Shown here in pieces: positions 51,516-60,669 of a stretch of DNA of 64,000 bases. Numbering within the stretch: position 1 is the stretch's first letter; each line of letters starts with the position of its first letter. The DNA comes from Dysgonamonadaceae bacterium (GTDB lineage Bacteria; Bacteroidota; Bacteroidia; Bacteroidales; Azobacteroidaceae). Position numbers and translations under genes: made by a program. Under the pieces are notes generated by a model. The model made no database searches and had not been told where the DNA came from. It saw only the letters and a list, made by a program, of their open reading frames with translations. Location: NCBI GenBank assembly GCA_031267615.1, contig JAIRYM010000019.1, positions 5,430 to 69,429 on the forward strand. Direction: 5' to 3'.

Positions 51516-52100
51516 ATGAGGATACAACGTAATAATCTATATTTTTGTTTATTTGTATGTTTATTTATTCTGTTGTTTTCCTTGTGTAGTACAAAACATA
51601 AACATCCAGAAACGATTGATGTAATAAAAGAATGGATAGACAAAGATATTCTTGTCCCCAATAACGTTTCTTGTTGTATATTGGGCAAAGATACAACGAA
51701 ATATAAATGTACCTGTTTGCTGGAAAGCAAATATAAAATCTTATTGTACGTTGATTCCACCGGCTGTAGCGATTGTCGCTTGAAACTTTTTTTGTGGAAA
51801 CAACTAATAGAAGAAACAGATAGTTTGTTTTCCGACAAATTGAGTTTTTTATTCTTTTTACAGCCCAAAAACGATGAAGATTTATTTTATCTAATCAGAG
51901 GCAATGATTTCAACTATCCTGTTTTTATTGACAGAAAAAATGAAATAAATCAACTGAATAATTTTCCGCAACAGCAGGAATATCAGTGTTTTTTACTCGA
52001 CAAAAACAATAAAGTTCTGTTCCTTGGCAATCCGGCTATAAATCCTAATATTTGGGAGTTGTATAAGAGATATATTTTGGATAAAGATAAATTTGAATAA
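51516..52100 (+). CDS. CxxC thioredoxin-like protein (type usually associated with DUF1573)
   Basis: KILLYVDSTGCSDCRLKL..W, FNYPVFID, FLLDKNNKV...GNP..NP.IWELY. Confidence 0.75.
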   Translation: MRIQRNNLYFCLFVCLFILLFSLCSTKHKHPETIDVIKEWIDKDILVPNNVSCCILGKDTTKYKCTCLLESKYKILLYVDSTGCSDCRLKLFLWKQLIEETDSLFSDKLSFLFFLQPKNDEDLFYLIRGNDFNYPVFIDRKNEINQLNNFPQQQEYQCFLLDKNNKVLFLGNPAINPNIWELYKRYILDKDKFE

Positions 52101-52196
52101 GAAAGCAAGAAATGGTTAAAAATTTAATGAAAATTTGGTAATTGGAAGTAAATGATTTACATTTGCACCAGATGATTTTTTAATTCTTGTTTTTTT

Positions 52197-52277
52197 ATGA
52201 CAAAGGGGAACTTTTTTATCTTAATTGCTGCTTTGGCTGTCACATCTGTTGCAGCGTACTGTATCGCCCTTTTGTAA
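52197..52277 (+). pseudogene. vestigial precursor (signal peptide only)
   Basis: MTKGNFFILIAALAVTSVAAYCIALL* after TACATTTG (52158-52165); resembles the signal of precursor 1. Confidence 0.45.
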
Positions 52278-52301
52278 TACACGTTTTAACACATTTATAA
52301 T

Positions 52302-53336
52302 ATGAACAAATTACTGTCATTTTTTCTGATTTTAGGATTTTATGCCTGTGCAGACAGGCAGGTTAATTCTCCGCTGCTTGACGCAGAAGTGAAAACTGTA
52401 GAAAGTCGCCTTTATGAAAGCGACCTGATGATAAAATACTGCGACGCAATGGACTGCAGTAATTCTTGTATTTATTTGTCGGCGGCAGGACTTCATCAGG
52501 AAAATATTGCCGTGCGCGAAACAGACGGGAAAGAAATCGGCTCGTTTGGTCGCAGAGATCAGGGACCGGGTGAATATATTGCTCCAATATATGCCGGTCA
52601 TTCGGAAAACAAAGATACAATTTATGTCTGGGATATGAACGGGAAATTATATCTTTACTCAATTCAGTTGCAGGACAGTGTATTCAGTAGTAGTTTTGCA
52701 TACAGTATTAATCCTCCTGAATCCAAGTTTTACCAGCGGTTAATGCGTCTGAAAAATGGCTGTTATGTAGGATTGCCCCTTGAAGAAAAAGCCACAGACA
52801 GTGTTTTTGTATTGCTTGATTCGCGACTCAATAAAATAAAAAAATTTGGTCGGAGTCCTGTTGAATTGAAAGCTGACTATCGCGATTTCAGAAAATGTTT
52901 TGATAATGCAAGGATTACTGTATATGGCAACAAAATATTTCTGACGTTGGGCAGTTTTGCCTATATAGCAGGTTATGAAATAACTGACAGCCAGGGAATA
53001 ACAACTCTTTTTGAAAAGACGCTTATTCAACCCGTCTATCATTCAAGCGATGGTTATATAGTTTTCGACAAAGAGAAAAACAGGGAGGGATTTTATGATA
53101 TCGCAGCCACAGATAAACATATTTTTACTGTCGATAAGTCAAAACCTGACGGAAGAGGTATGGAGCCGGGAACTTTTATGGTTTTTGACCATCAAGGAAA
53201 TTTAATATCCCGAATAAAAATGAATCATGAAGGAGCACGGATATGTGTTTCCGAAGATGAAAAAACGCTGTATCATTGCGTTAGAGACCCAAACTTTGAC
53301 ATTGCATCTTATAAAATTGAAGATATGCTAAAATGA
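52302..53336 (+). CDS. BF3164/TolB-like beta-propeller lipoprotein
   Basis: Lipobox FYAC; FGRRDQGPGEY, VFDHQGN, ICVSEDEKTLY. Confidence 0.75.
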   Translation: MNKLLSFFLILGFYACADRQVNSPLLDAEVKTVESRLYESDLMIKYCDAMDCSNSCIYLSAAGLHQENIAVRETDGKEIGSFGRRDQGPGEYIAPIYAGHSENKDTIYVWDMNGKLYLYSIQLQDSVFSSSFAYSINPPESKFYQRLMRLKNGCYVGLPLEEKATDSVFVLLDSRLNKIKKFGRSPVELKADYRDFRKCFDNARITVYGNKIFLTLGSFAYIAGYEITDSQGITTLFEKTLIQPVYHSSDGYIVFDKEKNREGFYDIAATDKHIFTVDKSKPDGRGMEPGTFMVFDHQGNLISRIKMNHEGARICVSEDEKTLYHCVRDPNFDIASYKIEDMLK

Positions 53337-53923
53337 AGAGCTGGATTTTATTTTTTGCCATAACAGTTTGTTTTTCTCTTTTTTCTTCCTGTAAAAAAGA
53401 ATCCGCAGAAAGCAAATTTAATAAAATAGCACAAGATTGGATAAGCAAGAATGTAGTTTTTCCGGAGGATATTTCTTGTTATATTAAGGGAAAAGACACA
53501 AGTATTAATAATTGTGCTGATTTATTAAAGAAGGAGTACAAGATTTTGCTTTATGTTGATTCTACAGGATGCAGTGCGTGCAGGTTGAGGTTGATGCAAT
53601 AGAAAATTTTTATAGAAGAAGCAGATAGTTTATTTACAAATAAACTAAGTTTTCTATTCTTTTTTCAACCAAAGAAAAGTACAGATATGTTGTATCTTTT
53701 TGAAAATGCGGATTTCAACTACCCTGTTTTTATTGACAAAAAAAATGGAATAAATCAACTGAATAATTTTCCGCAACAGCAAGAATATCAGTGTTTTTTG
53801 CTCGACAAAAACAATAAAATTCTGTTCCTTGGCAATCCGTCCATAAATCCTAATATTTGGGAGTTGTATAAGAGGTATATTTTGGATAAAGATAAAGATA
53901 AAGATAAACAGGAACACTTTTAA
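53333..53923 (+). pseudogene. CxxC thioredoxin-like lipoprotein gene with a premature TAG
   Basis: In-frame TAG at 53600-53602 where the paralog at 51516 has Trp; the frame continues KIFIEEADSLF...IWELYKRYILDK to 53923. Confidence 0.8.
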
Positions 53924-54113
53924 ATGAAACATTCCTCTTAACAATCCTCACCTTCATCTGCTTTTCGATTGCGAACGTCGTGCTGATTCCGCAACTGACG
54001 GTAATTTTTTTTAGTAAAAAAAGAAGGGAAATGACGTTTTTTTGAGATTTTTGTAAAATGTTTGGTATTCTAAAAAAATAATGGTTACATTCGCGCTCAG
54101 TTATTTATCCTTA
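53920..54113 (+). repeat. ~190-bp direct repeat, copy 2
   Basis: Matches 50181-50372; lies directly upstream of the TolC-family gene. Confidence 0.88.
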
Positions 54114-54119
54114 ATGTTT

Positions 54120-55637
54120 ATGTATAAAAAAATATTATGTTTTCGTGCGCTGTTTATTTGTTGCATCGCTTTAAAAAGTTTGGGGTTTTCCGCTCAAGCC
54201 CAACAATCTCTATCTTTGCAGCAAACCATTGAGATAGCGAGCGACAGTTCGTTGCAGGCGTTTATCGCGAATAACCGGTATCTTTACAGTTACTGGGAAT
54301 TTCGCTCGTATAAGGCGGCGAGGCTGCCTTCGCTGAATCTGCGGATGACGCCAATTCAGTATTATCGCGATATTACGAGGCGTTACGATTACGAAAACAA
54401 TATGGATGTTTACCGTGAACAGCAGTCGCTATATTCGTCCGGCAATCTTTCTATTCGCCAAAACTTCGATTTGACGGGGGGAACATTTTTTATCGACACT
54501 GAGCTGGGCTATATCCGCAACTTTAGCGAAAACGTTTATTCGCAATACACTTCAACTCCTGTTCGCGTCGGGTATTCGCAGGATTTGTTCGGTTTCAACA
54601 GTTTCAAATGGGAAAAACGGATTGAGCCGTTAAAATACAAAAAGGCAAAGCAGCAGTTTCTGACCGACCGCGAAGAAATTTCAGTTGCTTCCATCGAATA
54701 TTTTTTCGACCTTGCAATGGCTCAGTCCGCTTACGATACTGCGCTTGACAATCTCGCCTCTGCCGATACCCTTTTCCGTATGGGCGAAGAAAGAAAAAAG
54801 ATTGCTGCAATATCGCAGGCAGACCTTCTTACATTAAAATTGGATATTATAAATTCAAGAAATACATTAAAAAACACCGAAATAGACCTTAAACGCGCAA
54901 TGACAGCTTTTGTGTCGTTCCTTAATCTTGACAAGGATACCCATATCAATTTAAAACTGCCTGACAGACCGAAAAATATGGAAATTTCGGCAGATGTGGC
55001 GTCGAGCCTTTCCCGCGAAAACAATCCTGGATTTTTGGAAAACAGTCAGCAGATTCTGGAAGCCGAAAAAAATCTCGACCAAGCCGCCAAGAGCGCTGTA
55101 TTTGATGCAAGTTTCAATGCAAGCATCGGTTTCAATCAGGTTTCGCCGACGCTGCGCAGCGCTTATATGAATCCGTCGCAGCAGGACGTTATCTCAATTG
55201 GTTTTTCCATTCCACTGATTGACTGGGGGGTTCGTAAAGGTCGCGCGAATATGGCTCGCAACAATCTTTCGGTTACGAAAATATCCGTTCAGCAGAAAGA
55301 AAATTCGCTTGAACAGGACGTTTTGATGACTGTAAGTGACTTTAACGTTCAGCAGGGAATGATTGAAAGTGCGGAAGAAGCGGTTAATCTTGCAAATCAG
55401 GCTTATCAGGAAACACGCGAGCGGTTTATTATCGGAAAATCCGACGTGAACGGTCTGCAAATGTCACTTAACCGCCAGAAAGACGCACAGAAGAACTATT
55501 TGCAAGCGTTGAAGAATTACTGGCTTTCGTATTACAAGATTCGGAAGATGACGCTTTGGGATTTTGAGAATAATGAGAATTTAAAAGTATCGCTTGATGA
55601 AAAACAAGGATTTTTAAGAGAAAAAGCGGGAAAGTGA
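54120..55637 (+). CDS. TolC family outer membrane efflux protein
   Basis: Signal peptide; LSLQQTIEIA, LPSLNL, FSIPLIDWG, ERFIIGK, IRKMTLWDF. Confidence 0.9.
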   Translation: MYKKILCFRALFICCIALKSLGFSAQAQQSLSLQQTIEIASDSSLQAFIANNRYLYSYWEFRSYKAARLPSLNLRMTPIQYYRDITRRYDYENNMDVYREQQSLYSSGNLSIRQNFDLTGGTFFIDTELGYIRNFSENVYSQYTSTPVRVGYSQDLFGFNSFKWEKRIEPLKYKKAKQQFLTDREEISVASIEYFFDLAMAQSAYDTALDNLASADTLFRMGEERKKIAAISQADLLTLKLDIINSRNTLKNTEIDLKRAMTAFVSFLNLDKDTHINLKLPDRPKNMEISADVASSLSRENNPGFLENSQQILEAEKNLDQAAKSAVFDASFNASIGFNQVSPTLRSAYMNPSQQDVISIGFSIPLIDWGVRKGRANMARNNLSVTKISVQQKENSLEQDVLMTVSDFNVQQGMIESAEEAVNLANQAYQETRERFIIGKSDVNGLQMSLNRQKDAQKNYLQALKNYWLSYYKIRKMTLWDFENNENLKVSLDEKQGFLREKAGK

Positions 55638-55734
55638 AGATGTTGCTTTGGGGAGTGGAATATTGGAATACCATAACTACTGCAACAGCACAACAAAATC
55701 GCTATTAACAAGAGTTTACAACCATACTTCCGCA

Positions 55735-56913
55735 TTATTTCAGTTTGTAAAAGAAAAGAACCGGATTATCTTCTTCATCGAGGTTTTCAACTCCTGTTTT
55801 GAATTTTTCAAGATTTTCATCATTAGTGGCATCAATTTTACCCTTAAAAGGTAAAAGCTTATATGCCGGTACTATACTCACAAAATTTTTCCCGTCTGAA
55901 GCATTGATTCTAAGAAAAGGCATGGAAATACTTTCATCGTCATAAAGATAATAAAGTCCGGTATCAGTCTTTTTGTCTACAAGAAAGTAGGATATATTGA
56001 ATTCTTTACTGTACCCTGACATCCATCCACAGTTGAGTAAAATATGACGGTCGGTTTCAAAAATATCTTTAAATCCGGTAAACAAACCATCTTTAATACT
56101 TTGTATCTCAAATTCCAACATAGTTTGTTCCCTATTCAGCTTATAATTTTCAATTGTCGCCATCTTTTTGCTGTGTTCTATTATGTATTTTGGAATAACA
56201 GAATCATCCTTGCATTGAAAGATTGTGTCACAAAAAGGCATAATAAAGTGCTGACCATCATCGGTTTTTGCTATTGAGTTTCTGGAAAAGGTCATCATAT
56301 AGCCTGAAACAGAAAATCCACTGTACGGTTTACTGAATACTGTTTCACCCTTATCATTATAAAGCAGGTAGGCTGGCTCATTTTCAGGCGAGATAGAATT
56401 GTTAAGAAGGACGAAATCACCGTGCGACGACGCACATTCAGGAGAAAACTGACTTCTATCAATCCTGATTCTGGAATGAAATTTTCCATCAAAACCATGC
56501 CTGCGAAATGACGATTTCACGTTGTCAACTATGACGATTTCACTGGAATTATCGTCAATAAAGAAAGTGCTCAACGATCTGTATTCGCCGGGGCCCATGC
56601 CAATAGTACCAATCATATTGCGAAATCGTCCATGCCGGTCGAAGACAAACAGTTTATCGTCGCTGTCTGAAACAAAAATCAGGGAGTCATTCACTTGAAT
56701 TTTGTCTATATTACCGATCAAAATGTCGTCATTAGTTTCAAGAGGCACTATCGTTACCTGATCAAACGATGGAGGAATAACAGATAACTCTTCCTGAGAA
56801 TTAAGACTTTTAATAAAAGTGATGGAGGTATCAAGCGGTTGCGATGTTTTATTTTTATTACACGATACAACCAACAGTACCAAAACGGAAATAATAACAA
56901 ATTGTATTTTCAT
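55735..56913 (-). CDS. 6-bladed beta-propeller lipoprotein, inverted paralog of 37475-38650
   Basis: About 80% aa identical by eye to 37475-38650; own -7 box at 56968-56975 on the minus strand. Confidence 0.88.
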   Translation of the reverse strand: MKIQFVIISVLVLLVVSCNKNKTSQPLDTSITFIKSLNSQEELSVIPPSFDQVTIVPLETNDDILIGNIDKIQVNDSLIFVSDSDDKLFVFDRHGRFRNMIGTIGMGPGEYRSLSTFFIDDNSSEIVIVDNVKSSFRRHGFDGKFHSRIRIDRSQFSPECASSHGDFVLLNNSISPENEPAYLLYNDKGETVFSKPYSGFSVSGYMMTFSRNSIAKTDDGQHFIMPFCDTIFQCKDDSVIPKYIIEHSKKMATIENYKLNREQTMLEFEIQSIKDGLFTGFKDIFETDRHILLNCGWMSGYSKEFNISYFLVDKKTDTGLYYLYDDESISMPFLRINASDGKNFVSIVPAYKLLPFKGKIDATNDENLEKFKTGVENLDEEDNPVLFFYKLK

Positions 56914-57094
56914 AATTGATATTTTTTAAATAAATGTCATTTACTTTTGTTTTTTTAATTGACGGAGCAAAGGTAATAATACTTTTGAAAACTTTCAAAT
57001 ATTTTTGAAAAATTTAAAAATTCTTCAAAAAAATACGGGCGTTATGGACAAAAAGTATCGGCTGAGAAATGCTGCCTTTTTTTCGCTTTACTTG

Positions 57095-59023
57095 TTAATT
57101 GTCATAATACTCTTCTTCAATCAGAGCAATAAACCCGAGCAATGCACCCCAATGATAGAATTTATCGCTGTTTTGCACATCGTCTCCAACACCCGATTCA
57201 GAATTGTAGTTTTCAAAAACATAACCGTGTTCGAGCCAACTTTTGAGCAGCAGATTTTTCGATTTATCAGACAACGCTTTACGAGCTTCGGGCAAATCAT
57301 AATTACGCAATCCCATATAAACTAGAAAATTAAGCGGTGCCCAGATTCGTCCCCGCCAATAGTGATTATCAACGTAAGCAGAGTCGTTACGCGGAGTGGC
57401 GGGGATTACCCATTCTCCCCAAAACTCTTCAGTATTAAACAGGTGTTCATTAACCATACGTTCTACCTGCGCTTGAGTAGGCACATTGGCGAGCATTGCG
57501 TAGAAGTTTGTCGGCGATATACGAGGGTTTAATTTTCCTGTATCGGTATGACGGTTGTAGTAGAAACCACGCTCTTCATCCCACGTTTTAGTCATATTTT
57601 TACGATAGATGTCGGCGCGTTTTTTCAATTCGCGAGCATCTGACGATTTGCCAAGTTCGGCGGCAATTTTCGCCAACAAATCGCAATCCATTATGTATAA
57701 ACTGGACAGTCCTACATCATTGAGTTTTTGCTGATGCTTGACGGTATCAAACGGTATGTTGTCGTACATGTGTGAGTTGTCCAAGCCAGATTCGAGTGCG
57801 CCTCCGTAAGTTTCATTCACGCCTTCGGTTTCCCAGCCGCGATAGGTAATTTTTTCAAAAGGACTGCTACCCCAACATAGCAGTCCGTCTGTTTCGCGAT
57901 TTTTATCCCACCAGCGATTCCACGAAAGCAGGTTATTGTAAACGAGTTCAAGAAACCATTTTTCTTTATATTTCTGATAAATCATCCACACAGCCATTGA
58001 GCCGACAGGAGGCTGCGAGCGGTCGCGCGATTTGTAATTATTGACTGCGTAAAAATTTGGAACAAAGCCGTTTTCGGTAAGAGCATCAGTTATTTCTACC
58101 GCATTTGCATAAGCAAGTTCCTTACTGCCTGTTGAAAGCATCATTGACGCGAAATAGGTGTCCCAGCAAAACAGCACAAAGCCACCAAGTGATGGATTGG
58201 AACTCCAGCCTACGTTCCATATTCGGCTGACAGGTGTGATGACGCGATTAATTGTCGGGTCAAATATATTATCCCAAGCCAAAACGTTTTGCATTGCATC
58301 ATATACATCATAACAATCTCCATATTTCTGTTTGTTCTTTTCCACAATAGCGTCGGCGTGCGATTGAACAAACTGTTTAGCTTCTGTAAGTTCCAAGTTG
58401 CAGTCGATACAAATCACAACAGGTTCATTTGCCGAAAGCGTAATTTCGCGACGTTCCGTGCCAAGATATTTTCCTTTTACAATTGATTCAAAAGAAAAAT
58501 TTTCACCGTAAGGATTTATAGTGAACGTACTGTCTTTTACTTCAATGATATTTGAGCGAAACCATACTTTGTTCGGTCTGACGACTACTTTTCCACCTTT
58601 TGCATTATCTTCGAGAGGAGTAATCAGAATAACGTTTTTGTATCCTTCGGCTGCGCTTTGTACACGAAGTTTCAACCCTCGCCAATTAACCGAAATATCT
58701 GTGTATGCACCGTCGAAAGTATGAGGTCCGGGGTGCAGTACAGGTACGTCGCGTCCTCTGTCGCCAACGCGAAAATGTTCTTCTCGGTTTCCTTCTGCGT
58801 CAATTAGATTTATATCGACTGCCGAACCAAAAGGCAGGAAAACGTGTGTCAATACCGAGCGGGTATCCCAAGTGTTCCACCCTTTTGCGAGTTCGCGCTG
58901 CATTGTTTCGTAGCGAGCCTGCGGCGATTGTATCGAATCAGTCTTTTCTGCTTTTTTTACGCAAGACATTAAAAGCGGGCATAAAAAAATTCCCGCAAGG
59001 AAAAATCGAATAATTTTATTCAT
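57095..59023 (-). CDS. (alpha/alpha)6 glycoside hydrolase lipoprotein, GH63/MGH1/trehalase-like
   Basis: Lipobox LMSC; WDTYF, SQPPVG, ESGLDNS, YWRGRIW, ENY. Confidence 0.8.
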   Translation of the reverse strand: MNKIIRFFLAGIFLCPLLMSCVKKAEKTDSIQSPQARYETMQRELAKGWNTWDTRSVLTHVFLPFGSAVDINLIDAEGNREEHFRVGDRGRDVPVLHPGPHTFDGAYTDISVNWRGLKLRVQSAAEGYKNVILITPLEDNAKGGKVVVRPNKVWFRSNIIEVKDSTFTINPYGENFSFESIVKGKYLGTERREITLSANEPVVICIDCNLELTEAKQFVQSHADAIVEKNKQKYGDCYDVYDAMQNVLAWDNIFDPTINRVITPVSRIWNVGWSSNPSLGGFVLFCWDTYFASMMLSTGSKELAYANAVEITDALTENGFVPNFYAVNNYKSRDRSQPPVGSMAVWMIYQKYKEKWFLELVYNNLLSWNRWWDKNRETDGLLCWGSSPFEKITYRGWETEGVNETYGGALESGLDNSHMYDNIPFDTVKHQQKLNDVGLSSLYIMDCDLLAKIAAELGKSSDARELKKRADIYRKNMTKTWDEERGFYYNRHTDTGKLNPRISPTNFYAMLANVPTQAQVERMVNEHLFNTEEFWGEWVIPATPRNDSAYVDNHYWRGRIWAPLNFLVYMGLRNYDLPEARKALSDKSKNLLLKSWLEHGYVFENYNSESGVGDDVQNSDKFYHWGALLGFIALIEEEYYDN

Positions 59024-59128
59024 TGTAAGACAATAATTTTAAAATGTTTGTGCAAAGTTATATATTTCTTTTATTATTAACAAAAATATTATTAACTTTG
59101 CAATCAAACTTAAAAAAGACAATCCATT

Positions 59129-60589
59129 ATGAAGAAAATCTTATTTTATTTTGTTGTGCTTTTTGCACTTGTATCTTGCGATAAAAAACCTGCCGTAGAG
59201 TGGGTTACTACTACTCCAGACTCTGTTTGGGAATTACAGTCTGCCGATTCTGTAGTATTTGTTAATAATGCTGTAGTTGATTTGGAAGTTTGTATAAATA
59301 CTGTTCAGCAAACCATCGACGGTTTTGGCACTTGTTTCAATGAACTCGGCTGGACATCTTTGAGTTTTTTGAATGAATCCGACCGCAAGGATATTTTCAA
59401 AGAACTGTTTGAGCCAAACACAGGTGGCAATCTGCGGATATGCCGTATGCCTGTCGGCGCTAATGATTTTTCTCGCGACTGGTATTCATACGACGAAACT
59501 GAAGGTGATTTTGAATTAAAAGATTTCAGTATTGACAACGACAAAGAGACGTTGATTCCTTTTATTCAAGCGGCTTTAAAATATAATCCCGAACTTAAAA
59601 TATGGGCTTCCCCGTGGTCACCTCCCTCGTGGCTGAAAGACAATAAGCATTATGCTTGCCAGCCACTTGAAGTCGGATTTTTCCACAGCATTGGCGAAGG
59701 CGGTAATGGTATCCGTCCAGACCAGATTCGTCACGAAGAATATAATATGTTTATTCAGGAAGACACATATTTCAAGACGTATGCAAATTATTTCGCAAAA
59801 TTCATCGAGGCTTATCGCGAAAACGGCATCAATATATTTATGGTAATGCCACAAAACGAATTCAATTCCTGTCAGCCATTTCCAAGTTGTACATGGCAAG
59901 CCTCCGCGCTCAATAAATTTATCGGCGAATACCTTGGTCCGAAAATGAAAGAACTTGGTGTGGAAGTGGCTTTCGGCACAATGGAACGCCCCACATCCGC
60001 TCTTGCTGATACTTCCCTGCTTGATGCAAAAAGCAGCCGGTATCTGACAGGCGCAGGCTTTCAATGGGCAGGCAAACATGCTATCGGCGACATTCACAGG
60101 AAATATCCCAATCTGAAACTTTATCAAACAGAACAGGAATGTGGTAATGGCAAGAACGACTGGCGCGGCGCTTCGTATTCATACGACCTGATGGCGCTTT
60201 TTCTAAACAATGGCGTAAGCGTTTATGACTATTGGAATACTTCGCTCAAAGATGGCGGAATGAGCCGCTGGGGCTGGACGCAAAACTCTCTCGTAACGGT
60301 TGACACGACACATAATACATATAAATATACTTATGAATATTATGTACTGAAACACGCCAGCCATTATATTTTATCCGGAGCAAAGAAACTTGCAGTAGGT
60401 GGCGCAACAGGAGGTTCATTTGGCGGCGCTCTCGAAAATACGCTTGCTTTCCGCAATACAGACGGAAGTTATGTTTTGCTGTTAAGAAACAAAGCAAAGG
60501 AATCGGTAAAACCTGTCATTAAAGTTGGCGCATACACCTTTTCATCTGTCTTGAAACCAAACTCAATCAACACCATAGTTTTGAGATAG
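59129..60589 (+). CDS. glycoside hydrolase family 30 lipoprotein
   Basis: Lipobox LVSC; GFG.CFNE, R.PVGANDFS, ASPWSPP, QNE acid/base, TEQE nucleophile. Confidence 0.88.
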   Translation: MKKILFYFVVLFALVSCDKKPAVEWVTTTPDSVWELQSADSVVFVNNAVVDLEVCINTVQQTIDGFGTCFNELGWTSLSFLNESDRKDIFKELFEPNTGGNLRICRMPVGANDFSRDWYSYDETEGDFELKDFSIDNDKETLIPFIQAALKYNPELKIWASPWSPPSWLKDNKHYACQPLEVGFFHSIGEGGNGIRPDQIRHEEYNMFIQEDTYFKTYANYFAKFIEAYRENGINIFMVMPQNEFNSCQPFPSCTWQASALNKFIGEYLGPKMKELGVEVAFGTMERPTSALADTSLLDAKSSRYLTGAGFQWAGKHAIGDIHRKYPNLKLYQTEQECGNGKNDWRGASYSYDLMALFLNNGVSVYDYWNTSLKDGGMSRWGWTQNSLVTVDTTHNTYKYTYEYYVLKHASHYILSGAKKLAVGGATGGSFGGALENTLAFRNTDGSYVLLLRNKAKESVKPVIKVGAYTFSSVLKPNSINTIVLR

Positions 60590-60669
60590 AAATTTTCCTG
60601 TACATCAAACACTTGCTGCACAAGAATCTCCGGTGATAGCAAGTGTTTCTTTTTTTTGCCGTTTTATAA

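Noticed and set aside
37475-56913. Diversity-generating retroelement or shufflon behind the paralog variation
   Set aside because: No reverse transcriptase or intact recombinase in the window, and differences are spread along whole genes rather than confined to adenines in a short variable region
57095-60589. Polysaccharide utilisation locus
   Set aside because: Only two divergent hydrolases; no SusC/SusD pair or sensor regulator nearby
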